Below are positions 18,378-28,084 of a stretch of DNA of 51,328 nucleotides, piece by piece. The translations under genes were made by a program, and so were the position numbers. The DNA is taken from contig JAUQVK010000024.1 of NCBI GenBank assembly GCA_039794845.1, positions 1 to 51,328 of the forward strand. The letters are read 5' to 3'. The first letter of the stretch is position 1, and every line of letters begins with the position of its first letter. The notes under the pieces are model-generated. The model was not told the origin of the DNA. It ran no database searches and saw only the letters and a program-made list of their open reading frames with translations. The stretch is from Thermostichus sp. DRC_bins_24. GTDB lineage: Bacteria > Cyanobacteriota > Cyanobacteriia > Thermostichales > Thermostichaceae.

Positions 18378-19397
18378 TTATTCACCGTAGGCATCGATGA
18401 CAACTTTGCCGCGGAACACTACGTAATTATAAAGGTTGTAAGCCAGCATAATAGGAATTAGAAACCCGATAAAGGTGAGCATAAAGACGAGAGAACTTGG
18501 GGCGGCAGCAGCTTCGTAAATGGTGACACTGGGGGGAATGATATTCGGGAAAATCAGAAAACCCAGTCCAATGAAGGAAAGGGCGAATAGGAAAAACGTC
18601 CAGACGAGAGGGGTAACTTCCTCCCGTTTTTTTAAGCTCCGCAGCAGCAGCCAAATCAACACTCCCCCCAAAACAGGAATCAACCCAAAAATATAAATCA
18701 TGGGTGTGTTGAATAGAAGCGCACGGGCATGCTCAGACAAAATAGGTGTTGTAACAGTGATAAAAAGAGCACCCGCTAAAGTTGTCCAAGTGGCAATGGT
18801 GGCTGTTTTGTAATGGGTCTCCTGCAGCTCCCCAGAAGTTTTGAGAATGAGATAGGTGGATCCTACCAGAACATAAGCTTGCACCAGGGTCAGGGCTACA
18901 ATCACCGATCGCCAAGTCAACCAATCCCAAATGCTGCCGGCGAAGTGTCCTGAAGCATCCACAGTAATTCCCTCAAACACAGTGCCCAGAGCAAAGCCTT
19001 GACCCAATGCCGCCAGAAAGCTACCAACTCCAAAGGCGAGATTCCAGACCAATTTGTTGTCGGCATTTTCACGAAACTCAAAGGAAACTGACCGTAGAAT
19101 CAACCCCACTACCATGATGACAGCCGGTAAATATAGAGCATTCAGGATGGTGGCATAGGCCAGGGGAAATGCCCCAAACAGGGATCCCCCCATCAGCACC
19201 AGCCAAGTCTCGTTGGCATCCCACACATTGCCCAGGCTGGTCATCAAGATGCTGCGCCGTTTCTCACTAGAGGCAGTCAAAGACAAGATGCCAACACCCA
19301 AGTCAAAGCCGTCTAGAAGCACGTAAAGAAAAAGGAACAATCCCAGAACGAAAAACCAAACTTGGGGCAAAAATTGCTGCAAAGGTTCCAGTTCCAT
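18378..19397 (-). CDS. cydB: Cytochrome bd quinol oxidase subunit II
   Basis: LDGFDLGVGIL, VWDANETWLV, FGAFPLAY, VFRGKV. Confidence 0.96.
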   Translation of the reverse strand: MELEPLQQFLPQVWFFVLGLFLFLYVLLDGFDLGVGILSLTASSEKRRSILMTSLGNVWDANETWLVLMGGSLFGAFPLAYATILNALYLPAVIMVVGLILRSVSFEFRENADNKLVWNLAFGVGSFLAALGQGFALGTVFEGITVDASGHFAGSIWDWLTWRSVIVALTLVQAYVLVGSTYLILKTSGELQETHYKTATIATWTTLAGALFITVTTPILSEHARALLFNTPMIYIFGLIPVLGGVLIWLLLRSLKKREEVTPLVWTFFLFALSFIGLGFLIFPNIIPPSVTIYEAAAAPSSLVFMLTFIGFLIPIMLAYNLYNYVVFRGKVVIDAYGE

Positions 19398-19407
19398 CTC
19401 AACCTCA

Positions 19408-20850
19408 CTACTGCTGCGCTTCAGCGGGACGGCGATCAGGCTCATGCTGTGCCAGTTCAATTCCCAATTTGGGTCTTGCCCCGATCACGGGGGCATCTAG
19501 CTCCAGATTCGGGCCTTTGGCTAGAATGCGACCCCCGAAAAACAGGGCTGCCCCAAGGAATACAACATACATACTGGTCAACCCCAGCAGAGAAAACAAG
19601 ACTTCGCCCGCTGGGAGGTGGGAGACAGAATCTACTGTTCGCATTTCACCATAGACAATCCACGGCTGCCGACCCACACAGCGGACAATCCAGCCTGTTT
19701 CCACCGCCAAGTAGCCCAAGGGTGCCGCCAGAATCCAGTTTCGCATCAGCCATTTCTGTTGAATGATCGCCTCCTCCGACAGCTTACCTCGCAGCCATTG
19801 AATGACAGTGACAAGCATCAAAGCTGCAAAGAAGATGCCGATGCTAGACATGATGCGGAAGGAATAATAAATCAATCCAATCATGTGGGGACGATTGGCA
19901 GGATCCCATTCTTTTAAGCCCTTAACAGGAGTGTCCAGTGTCGGTTTTAGCTCCAGCAGATAACCGAGCGCACCCGGAACCTTAACCTCCCACTCGTTGC
20001 GTTCCGCCTTATCGTTGGGAATCGCTAGCAAACTCCAGTCGGCCCGTTCCCCTGCTGGGATCGTCTCCCACTGGGCTTCCATAGCTGCCAGCTTGGCCGG
20101 TTGGTAATGATAGACCTGCTCTGCGCTCAGGTGCCCCACAAAAACCTGCAGTGGAGCGATCAGTATCAGACCTACCAGGATGACCTTGAATGACTTGGCA
20201 AAGAAGGCGGCATGACGCTGCCTCAACACATACCAAGCACTGATCCCACCGATAACAAAAAGAGAGGTCTCCAACGTAGCTAGAAACATGTGGAGGAAGC
20301 TTTTGACCATAAAGGGGTTAGCAATTGCCCGGAAATAATCTTGCACCACAAACTTTCCATCGACAAAGGCTCCTCCTGCAGGAGTTTGTAGCCAAGAGTT
20401 AGCTGCCAAGATCCAAAAGGTTGAAAGATTCGCTCCAAAAGCTACCAAGATTGTGGAAATAAAATGAATCAAAGGTGGCACTCGCTCCCAACCGAATAGC
20501 ATAATGCCGAGGAAGCTGGCCTCTAACATAAAGGCCATCGTGCCCTCAAACCCCAGGATCGTGCCAAAGAAATCGCCAACAGACTCGGAGAAAGGAGCCC
20601 AGTTTAACCCAAACTGAAAGGCCATGGGCAAGCCAGAAGCAACGCCAATACCGAAATTGAGGACGTACAACTTTGACCAAAAACGAGCGTGGCGATAGTA
20701 ATCTAAATTGCGGGTTCTAAGCCAGAGTGCTTCGATGACAATCAGGTAAATGGCCATCCCTGTCGTGAGGACCGGCCACAACATGTGGAAAATTGCAGTT
20801 AGTGCAAACTGGAGACGAGATAAGGCAACCGTATCGCCAAGAAAGTGCAT
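19408..20850 (-). CDS. cydA: Cytochrome bd quinol oxidase subunit I
   Basis: LSRLQFA..AIFH, ANSWLQTP, QPAKLAAME, GRQPW; start MHFLGD at 20850 with a GGAGG RBS. Confidence 0.96.
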   Translation of the reverse strand: MHFLGDTVALSRLQFALTAIFHMLWPVLTTGMAIYLIVIEALWLRTRNLDYYRHARFWSKLYVLNFGIGVASGLPMAFQFGLNWAPFSESVGDFFGTILGFEGTMAFMLEASFLGIMLFGWERVPPLIHFISTILVAFGANLSTFWILAANSWLQTPAGGAFVDGKFVVQDYFRAIANPFMVKSFLHMFLATLETSLFVIGGISAWYVLRQRHAAFFAKSFKVILVGLILIAPLQVFVGHLSAEQVYHYQPAKLAAMEAQWETIPAGERADWSLLAIPNDKAERNEWEVKVPGALGYLLELKPTLDTPVKGLKEWDPANRPHMIGLIYYSFRIMSSIGIFFAALMLVTVIQWLRGKLSEEAIIQQKWLMRNWILAAPLGYLAVETGWIVRCVGRQPWIVYGEMRTVDSVSHLPAGEVLFSLLGLTSMYVVFLGAALFFGGRILAKGPNLELDAPVIGARPKLGIELAQHEPDRRPAEAQQ

Positions 20851-21278
20851 AAACTTTTTTCCTCCAAAAAAGATTTTTAGAAAACCACTACGGCCCTTTA
20901 CGCCGAGGGCACGCTCATGAGACCGCCAGTCACATACAAAACTTACGTGAGAACTAAAGTTATTTATTTCACTATCTCTCAAGTCAGATGGTACGAATGA
21001 AAGTAAACTTCCTCTGCCATTTTTGAGGATGTCTTAATGTTGCTGAAGGGAAAAATGATTTGTTGCAAGAAATATTACAATGCAACCTGATGATGGATGG
21101 CCTGACCTCAGGCTTGGTGACGGCATTCAGCCACAGCCTGCCTGGGAGAGAAGGGGGGGTAAGGTGTCCTTTAGGCTTAGAAACAGATTAGGGTGCCTCA
21201 ACACCTGCCCCGGCGTTCTGCATTTGCTAAGGTGCGGGGGTGGGTTCCTTCTGCACAAGCGTTCGTGAGGTTCAGTTC

Positions 21279-21455
21279 ATGTCTCCTGTGCTGCTACAAG
21301 CGATTGGTTATGCCTGTGGTATCTCGCTTGGGATCCTGGTGTTGGCCGCCCTCATCAATTTTATCTTGCACCGTTTGGAGCAACAGCCCGCAGCCAAGCC
21401 GACGGACGCACAATCCGTTCCAGAAGGTACACCGGAGGGATCCCAGTCGGCATGA
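21279..21455 (+). CDS. Small single-pass membrane protein, unknown function
   Basis: GAGG RBS, hydrophobic helix AIGYACGISLGILVLAALINFIL, ATGA overlap with acyP. Confidence 0.6.
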   Translation: MSPVLLQAIGYACGISLGILVLAALINFILHRLEQQPAAKPTDAQSVPEGTPEGSQSA

Positions 21456-21736
21456 GTGCTTGTGTTCGAGTTCACGTCTGGGTACGGGGGCAGGTTCAAG
21501 GGGTAGGGTTTCGGGCCTATACCGAGGCAATGGCCCGCAAAGCGGGAGTACAAGGGTGGGTACGCAATTTGCGTGATGGTCGTGTAGAGGCGGTTTTTGA
21601 GGGATCCCCTGCAGCGGTTGAGGCGATGGTGCGTTGGTGTGGGCAGGGTAGCCCTGGCGCTGTTGTGGAGGAGGTAGAGCAGCGCTCCGAGCCGCCAGAA
21701 GGCTTATCCACTTTTCAGATTTGCCCCACCGTTTGA
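21452..21736 (+). CDS. acyP: Acylphosphatase
   Basis: GQVQGVGFR, GWVRNLRDGRVE. Confidence 0.95.
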   Translation: MSACVRVHVWVRGQVQGVGFRAYTEAMARKAGVQGWVRNLRDGRVEAVFEGSPAAVEAMVRWCGQGSPGAVVEEVEQRSEPPEGLSTFQICPTV

Positions 21737-21946
21737 AGGATCCCAGCCCTGTGGATGAGCCACTTGCGCCGGGTATGGTTTGACGCTTTGTGCCCACAGC
21801 AATAGCTTGGGAAGATTTTGCTCCTTGTTGTCCACCGGCGTATCGTCCGAGCGGGGTAGTTCTTCAAGAGTAGTTCCTCATTAGAGAGCAGGTCAGAATT
21901 GTGACATCCTCCTAACGCAATGCCTAGCGGGTAGAGCGCGGGACTT

Positions 21947-22004
21947 ATCGTGCTCCGCACGACCCGGAGGGTCATCGTGCTCCGCACGACCCGGAGGGTC
22001 ATCG
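21947..22004. repeat. Tandem 27-bp double-hairpin repeat (ATCGTGCTCCGCACGACCCGGAGGGTC x2)
   Basis: Exact copies at 21947-21973 and 21974-22000, followed by ATCG. Confidence 0.9.
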
Positions 22005-22222
22005 CTCCCCGTAGCGCAGCGTGCCGCAGGCTTACCCCTCATTAGTTAAGAAGGAGGAGAGCATGAGCCACAGACCCTGGACTGGGCTCAATTTTGGGAG
22101 CTCTCCCCTATTCCCTCTGCTGCAGGGCATTTTTGCTCTTGGCCAGAGGCAACCGTCGGCGTACAGTGAAGGGTACAAATCGAGCGCTGCCTCGACGCAG
22201 AATTTTCTCCTAGAAAGCATCA

Positions 22223-22834
22223 ATGGTTACGATCCACTCAGCTTCAGAACTGCTCGAGTCCTATGCTCAGGGCCATCGGGATTTTAGTGGGGCCACCTTG
22301 CGACTGGCAGAACTGATCGGGGCCAATTTGCAAGGGATCCAACTGGTGCGGGCGGATTTGGTGGGGGCAGAGTTAATTGGAGCCAACCTGAACGAGGCGA
22401 ATCTGACGCGGGCGGAGCTGATCGGGGCGACTTTGATCGGGGCCAACCTGCGGCAGGCGGATCTGACGGATGCTGACTTCAGCGGGGCGGATCTGAGTGG
22501 GGCCATGCTCAATGAAGCCCTGTTGTCAGGGGCCAAGTTGGGGGGGGCTAAGCTGCGCATGATCAAGCTGAACGGAGCCAATTTGGCAGGGGTGATTCTG
22601 GTGGGGGCGGATTTGATCGGAGCCGACATGATCGGGGCCAATCTGGTGGGGGCTAAGTTCGGGGGAGCGGATCTGCGGGGGGCGGATCTGAGCAAGGCCA
22701 ATCTGCGGGGGGCGGATTTTTCCGGGGCCAAGATTACGGGGGCCAAATTGGCACGAGCCAGTTTCGACTCTACGACAGTCTTCGATGCCGATTTCGATCC
22801 GCTGCGGGCGGGGATGTTGCTCGTCAAAGATTAA
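22223..22834 (+). CDS. Pentapeptide repeat protein
   Basis: ELLESYAQGHRDFS followed by many A(D/N/E)LxG repeats. Confidence 0.95.
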   Translation: MVTIHSASELLESYAQGHRDFSGATLRLAELIGANLQGIQLVRADLVGAELIGANLNEANLTRAELIGATLIGANLRQADLTDADFSGADLSGAMLNEALLSGAKLGGAKLRMIKLNGANLAGVILVGADLIGADMIGANLVGAKFGGADLRGADLSKANLRGADFSGAKITGAKLARASFDSTTVFDADFDPLRAGMLLVKD

Positions 22835-22859
22835 CTCACCCATTCTCTAAAACTCTCCC

Positions 22860-24386
22860 GTGAGTGCCTCTTCTCCACCACCAGAGGGATCCGCCTCCCC
22901 CCCTCTCAGTCAGCTGCAGAACCCCCGATGGCTGGGGGATGGGGTGGCAGCCCTAGAGGCTCAAGCCCGGGTTTGGATTGCACAAGGGTTACAAGGGATC
23001 CCCTATGATCCGCCGCCGGGGCCTGCGGCCAGACGAGTCTTGCACTGGATCGAGACAGATTTGCTGCCGCGCCTGCAACAAACCCCTCAGGAGCTACACA
23101 ACCTCTTGCATGGGTTGGAGGGCGGCTATGTGCCCAGCGGGGCTTCCGGTGCCCCAACCCGAGGACGCCTCGAGGTGTTACCCACCGGGCGCAACTTTTA
23201 CTCTGTCGACATTCGCGGCATTCCCACCCCAACCGCTTGGCGGGTCGGATCCCTGGCGGCGGAACGGGTAGTGGAGCGCTACGTGCAGGAGCAAGGGGAC
23301 TATCCCCGGCGGCTGGGGCTTTCCGTGTGGGGGACGGCCACCATGCGTACCGGCGGAGAGGACTGGGCCGAGGCGCTGGCTTTGTTGGGGGTGAAGCCCC
23401 GTTGGGATGGCGGGCGGGTGGTGGATTTTGAGATCTTGCCCGTGGCTGTTTTGGGGCGCCCGCGGGTGGATGTAACATTGCGCATTTCCGGCTTCTTTCG
23501 CGATGCCTTTCCCAACTTGATTGCCCTGTTTGACCGGGCGGTGCGGGCGGTGGCGGAGCTGGATGAGCCGGAGACGGATAATCCGCTGCGGGCGCAGGTG
23601 CTCACCGACAGCCACCATTGGCAACAGCAAGGGATCCCTCTGCCACAGGCCCAGGAGTGGGCTCGCCTGCGCATTTTTGGCTCCAAGCCGGGGGCCTATG
23701 GAGCGGGGTTACAGGGACTGATCGAAGGGCAAAACTGGGAAACCGAGGCGGATCTGGCCCGTGCCTACCTGAACTGGAGCAGTTACGCCTATCGAGGGGA
23801 AGCCGAAGCCGAAGCGGCCCCAGAAGCGCTGCAACGGCAACTGGCGCACCTGCAAATTGTGCTGCACAACCAAGACAACCGCGAACACGACCTCCTGGAT
23901 TCCGACGATTACTACCAGTTTCAAGGGGGGATGGTGGCGGCGGTGCGCACGCTACAGGGCCGGGATCCGCAGGTGTATTTTGGGGATCATGCCCGCCCAC
24001 AAAACCCGCAAATCCGCACTTTGGCGGAAGAGATCGACCGCGTCTACCGCTCCCGTGTCATTAACCCCAAATGGATCGCCGGGGTGATGCGCCATGGCTA
24101 CAAAGGCGCTTTTGAACTGGCGGCCACCTTGGATTATCTGTTTGCCTACGATGCCACCACCCAGGCGGTACCGGATTTTATGTATGCGGGCTTGGCCCAA
24201 GCCTATCTGCTGGATCCTCAGGTGCAGGCTTTTTTGCGGGCCCACAACCCCTGGGCATTGCGAGACATGAGCGAGCGCCTCTTAGAAGCTCACCAACGGG
24301 GCTATTGGCAGATGGGATCCGCCCCCCTGCTGCCTCAACTTGAAGCCTTGATGTTGGCGGCAGAAGCCTGGCTGGAGACCCACTAA
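22860..24386 (+). CDS. cobN: Cobaltochelatase CobN, C-terminal part only (508 aa)
   Basis: SGAPTRGR..VLPTGRNFYSVD, RPRVDVTLRISGFFRDAFP, HNQDNREHDLLDSDDYYQFQGG, NPKWI. Confidence 0.88.
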   Translation: MSASSPPPEGSASPPLSQLQNPRWLGDGVAALEAQARVWIAQGLQGIPYDPPPGPAARRVLHWIETDLLPRLQQTPQELHNLLHGLEGGYVPSGASGAPTRGRLEVLPTGRNFYSVDIRGIPTPTAWRVGSLAAERVVERYVQEQGDYPRRLGLSVWGTATMRTGGEDWAEALALLGVKPRWDGGRVVDFEILPVAVLGRPRVDVTLRISGFFRDAFPNLIALFDRAVRAVAELDEPETDNPLRAQVLTDSHHWQQQGIPLPQAQEWARLRIFGSKPGAYGAGLQGLIEGQNWETEADLARAYLNWSSYAYRGEAEAEAAPEALQRQLAHLQIVLHNQDNREHDLLDSDDYYQFQGGMVAAVRTLQGRDPQVYFGDHARPQNPQIRTLAEEIDRVYRSRVINPKWIAGVMRHGYKGAFELAATLDYLFAYDATTQAVPDFMYAGLAQAYLLDPQVQAFLRAHNPWALRDMSERLLEAHQRGYWQMGSAPLLPQLEALMLAAEAWLETH

Positions 24387-24463
24387 AGGGGATCCCTGGC
24401 GGAGGAAAATTAAGTTCTGCTAAGATTTTCTTATCTAAACCAGCCATCGAGGGATCCTACGCC

Positions 24464-24775
24464 ATGAGCAAAGCCGAGCTGTTGCAAGAGATCCTGGGGC
24501 CATTGCTGGAGGATTACCGCTATTGGTTCGAGCGTTCTCGCCGATTTTTGCAAGAAGAAAAGCTGGATTTTATCAGCCCTGGGGAGCAGCAGTCCATTTT
24601 GGAACGGGTTCTGGCCGCTCAATCGGAGTTGCAAGCGGCGGAAGCTCTCTATCACTTGTCCGATAATGAGGTTGGCATTGACCCTGAGCTGATGGCAAAA
24701 TGGCATCGCCTGCTGATGGAATGTGCCGAACTGGGCCGTCGATTTCGCCAGATTCATCCCTCCTCCGACTCCTGA
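24464..24775 (+). CDS. DUF2605 family protein
   Basis: LLQEILGPLLEDYRYWFERS...WHRLLMEC. Confidence 0.8.
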   Translation: MSKAELLQEILGPLLEDYRYWFERSRRFLQEEKLDFISPGEQQSILERVLAAQSELQAAEALYHLSDNEVGIDPELMAKWHRLLMECAELGRRFRQIHPSSDS

Positions 24776-25038
24776 TGCTCCAGATCCTTTACCTCATCGC
24801 TTTTGCGGCCATCGCATTTTTGGCCCTGCGCAATTTGGTCTCCAACCTCATCACCTTGGGGAGGGAGGAGCGCAAAGCGCCTTCCCGTCGTTCCCGAAGG
24901 CGGGTGCCTCACCCCGAGCTGGTGGACGAAGAGGGCAACCTCACCGATGAGCCGCTGCTGGTGATTCGCTCCACCAGCCTTGACGAAGCTCGCAGCCGCC
25001 TGGAAGATCTCTATTCCGGCTCACCAGACGAGGACTAG
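24775..25038 (+). CDS. DUF2973 family membrane protein
   Basis: MLQILYLIAF...NL...PHPELVDEEG..DEPLLVIRS...ARSRLEDLY; TGATG overlap with the upstream gene. Confidence 0.8.
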   Translation: MLQILYLIAFAAIAFLALRNLVSNLITLGREERKAPSRRSRRRVPHPELVDEEGNLTDEPLLVIRSTSLDEARSRLEDLYSGSPDED

Positions 25039-25119
25039 GCCGGGTTTTCACGTTCCCGCGCCGATGGGCTGTTGGTGATCAAGGTAATCTGGGATCGTCC
25101 AGCGGGTGAGTGAGCCGAG

Positions 25120-25536
25120 ATGGGATCCGAGTTCAACGTGGAAACCGTACTGGAGGCGGTACTAAGTAAGCTACGGGTTTTGGCGGAAACGGGGCAGACC
25201 TTCGGCCAGCCGATCACCGTTGGCGAAACGATCATCGTCCCCTACATGTCTCTGCACTTCGGCCTGGGTGGAGGTGGGGGGAACTTTGGCAAACCTGCCT
25301 CGGGTTTCAAGGGCAATGGCCGGGATCCCGCCAGCCTGTTCGGGGGAGCAGGAGGGGGGGTGCGCATCGAGCCGGTGGGCTTTTTGGTCATCCGCGGGGA
25401 ACGGGTGGAGTTGCTGACTACCGAGCAGAAGCCCAGCCAGTGGAACCAACTGAGTGAGACCCTTATCCCTTTGTTGCAGCAGTGGTTGCACAGCCAAGCC
25501 GGGATCTCGGGGCAGGCGACCGTTGAGCCCGGCTAA
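25120..25536 (+). CDS. YtfJ/GerW family protein
   Basis: FGQPITVGETIIVP...FGLGGGGG...GGAGGGVRIEPVGFLVI. Confidence 0.8.
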   Translation: MGSEFNVETVLEAVLSKLRVLAETGQTFGQPITVGETIIVPYMSLHFGLGGGGGNFGKPASGFKGNGRDPASLFGGAGGGVRIEPVGFLVIRGERVELLTTEQKPSQWNQLSETLIPLLQQWLHSQAGISGQATVEPG

Positions 25537-25596
25537 GCAGCTCAGGGACTCTAGGGGCCTGGCATGTCATCTAAACGGAAGGGTGGAGGATCCCGA

Positions 25597-25628
25597 TCCT
25601 TAAGCCGGTAGCTCCTTAAGCCGGTAGC
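25597..25628. repeat. Perfect 16-bp tandem duplication TCCTTAAGCCGGTAGC x2
   Basis: Read directly, intergenic. Confidence 0.9.
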
Positions 25629-25677
25629 AAAGAAGACTTGGCTATGCTGGAGAAACGGAGGTTCACCCCGAGGGCTC

Positions 25678-28059
25678 ATGACCTGGACGCTGCGATCCGT
25701 TCAGAAGGTGTTTGTTTATCTGTTGGTGGCGATTGCTTTTCTTGCCCTGTGTCTGGGGGATCAGGCATTGTCGCCGCCGGTGATCGGTCTTTGTTTGGCG
25801 GCTGGGGTTTGCAGTTGGTTTTGGGATCCCCCACGGATTGACTTTGCCCGCTATGCCCCCCTGTGGATGCCCCTTACCGTGAGCGTGCTGCTGAGTTTGG
25901 CAGCTTTGGTGTTGTTCGGCATCATGCAGGTTTCGGATGGGGTGCTGGGGTTGGTGCTCTATCTCACCGGGGCCAAGCTGTTTCAGCGGGAACGGGCGGC
26001 AGACCACATTCAGTTGGCGGTGTTGTCGTTGCTGCTGATGGCCATTGCCACCTTGTTCAATGAAGATGTCAGTTTTGGGTTGCTGTTTTTGGTCTATGTG
26101 GGGGTGGGGCTCGTCAACCTCACCCTTTACCATTTGCGCCTACAAACGGAAGTGCATCCCCAGGCCGCCGGCCAAACTCGGCTGATCAACCCTGGCTTTT
26201 TGGGCCTTCTCGGATCCCTGGCGTTGGTGGCAGTCGTGCTTTCGGTGGCTTTGTTTTTCCTGTTTCCGCGGGTCAGCTTGGGGATTTTGGGCCGGCAAGC
26301 CCGTTCCCCCGTCATGACCACCGGGTTTGCGGAAGAGGTAAGCCTGGGGGGGTTTGGCACCCTCAAAACCGATAACACCGTCGTCATGCGGGTGGAGTTT
26401 CCAGAAGGGGTGCCGCCCCTGGTGGATACCCTCTACTGGCGGGGGATCAGCTTCGATCGCTACGACGGGCTGGGCTGGTCACGTACGTTGGAGGGATCCA
26501 CCTCGATTCCCCTCAATGCAGACGGGGTATTTGACCTGTCCACCTCTAGCTTGATCCCGACGGCAGCGGGGCTGAGTTTCTTTCCTCTGGAGCAACTGAT
26601 TTACCAGGAGCCGCTGGCTACCAACACGGTTTTTGGCGTGGCCCCGATCGTGGAGGTGGAATGGCTGGATCGGGGGGGAGTGGCTACGGCTCGCCAACTG
26701 TGGCAACGGCAAAATCGCCGCCTGAACTTGAGTCAAACCGGAGACATCAGCCATTCTCTGCCCCGACAGGTGCCCTATCTTTATCGTGCCCTGAGTCAGA
26801 TTCCGGGGGGGATTGGCCCACGTCTGCAACAGCTGAGCCATGCGGATCTGCTGGCGGCTCTCGATTCGGCCGAGCAGGAAGCCTATCTGCAACTGCCGGC
26901 AGATCTGGATCCGCGCATTCCCGCGCTGGCGGCCCAGGTGACCGCAGGGATCCCGGATGATCTGGGTAAGGTAACCGCTTTGCAGGATTATCTGCTGGAC
27001 AACTACACCTACACGATCGATCTGCCCAACCCGGGCGCCGAACCCCCCTTGGATGCCTTTTTGTTCACCCATCGGCGCGGCCACTGTGAATATTTCGCCA
27101 CGGCTTTAACGGTGCTGGTCCGCAGTGTTGGCATTCCGGCGCGCACGGTGAATGGCTTTTTGGGGGGGAGATGGGTAGCCCAGGAGAACTACCTGGCGGT
27201 GCGCAATGCCGATGCTCATTCCTGGACGGAGATTCCCTTCGGCCCTTACGGCTGGATCACCTTTGATGCCACCCCCCCAGAGGCCAACGTCAGTCTGCGG
27301 GAAACCTGGTGGGATCCAATTCAGGATTTTTACGACAGTCTGCGCTTCCGCTGGTTCAAGTACGTGATTCAGTACGACCTGTTTACCCAACAACAGATCT
27401 GGCAGCAAATTCAAGAGATGACCAGCCGGGTGATCGCCCCAGAAGCCAGAGGGGGCATAGACCTGCGGCAAAACCTGGCGGCGCTGTGGGAGGCTCTGCA
27501 ACGAAACGGCCTGCCGGTGCTGGGGGTGGTGTTGATCACCGGAGCCACGGCCTACTGGGGTTACCGACGCCGTTATCAGGTGCTGCACTGGCGAGATGGG
27601 GGGGGGATCCTGTTGGCTGCTGCGGGCAATGGTGGGTTGATGGGATCCCTGTGGCAACCGCCCCCGGAATGGCCCACCTTGATGGTTGGGATCCTCTTGC
27701 CGGGCATGGCTTTTGCCCTGATGCGTTGGAGCCCGGCGGCCCTGCCCAGAGTGCAACAACGCCGACAGGCAATCTCCCGGCTGTATCTGCAACTGCGGGA
27801 GGCCTGCACCGGGGTGGGGATCCCTGACCATTGGGGGCCGGAGCAACGGGTGGAGTACCTGCGTCACTCCCAACTGCCGCAATCCCAGTTGGCGGTTGCC
27901 TTTTTACAGCGCTACATGGAAATCCGCTTTGGCGGGATCCCGTTGCAACCCGGAGAACTGCGCCGTTGGCAACAGGAGCTGGGAGAACTGCGCCGGCAGT
28001 GGCGGCAATGGGCTCCGCACTCGGGTGCCCCCTCGAAACGGGTTCTGCCAGTTCCGTGA
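25678..28059 (+). CDS. Membrane transglutaminase-like protein (TgpA/DUF3488)
   Basis: Multiple N-terminal TM helices, LYWRG..FD.YDG..W, RGHCEYFATA, AHSWTE, W..FDATP. Confidence 0.9.
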   Translation: MTWTLRSVQKVFVYLLVAIAFLALCLGDQALSPPVIGLCLAAGVCSWFWDPPRIDFARYAPLWMPLTVSVLLSLAALVLFGIMQVSDGVLGLVLYLTGAKLFQRERAADHIQLAVLSLLLMAIATLFNEDVSFGLLFLVYVGVGLVNLTLYHLRLQTEVHPQAAGQTRLINPGFLGLLGSLALVAVVLSVALFFLFPRVSLGILGRQARSPVMTTGFAEEVSLGGFGTLKTDNTVVMRVEFPEGVPPLVDTLYWRGISFDRYDGLGWSRTLEGSTSIPLNADGVFDLSTSSLIPTAAGLSFFPLEQLIYQEPLATNTVFGVAPIVEVEWLDRGGVATARQLWQRQNRRLNLSQTGDISHSLPRQVPYLYRALSQIPGGIGPRLQQLSHADLLAALDSAEQEAYLQLPADLDPRIPALAAQVTAGIPDDLGKVTALQDYLLDNYTYTIDLPNPGAEPPLDAFLFTHRRGHCEYFATALTVLVRSVGIPARTVNGFLGGRWVAQENYLAVRNADAHSWTEIPFGPYGWITFDATPPEANVSLRETWWDPIQDFYDSLRFRWFKYVIQYDLFTQQQIWQQIQEMTSRVIAPEARGGIDLRQNLAALWEALQRNGLPVLGVVLITGATAYWGYRRRYQVLHWRDGGGILLAAAGNGGLMGSLWQPPPEWPTLMVGILLPGMAFALMRWSPAALPRVQQRRQAISRLYLQLREACTGVGIPDHWGPEQRVEYLRHSQLPQSQLAVAFLQRYMEIRFGGIPLQPGELRRWQQELGELRRQWRQWAPHSGAPSKRVLPVP

Positions 28060-28084
28060 ACGCGAAGTAATCTAAGTAATCTTT

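Noticed and set aside
21947..22004. Possible mini CRISPR array
   Set aside because: The two 27-bp copies are directly adjacent with no spacer, and no cas genes are present.
22223..22834. 15-bp periodic DNA repeats and a long antisense ORF (22267-22827)
   Set aside because: Explained by the pentapeptide-repeat coding sequence.
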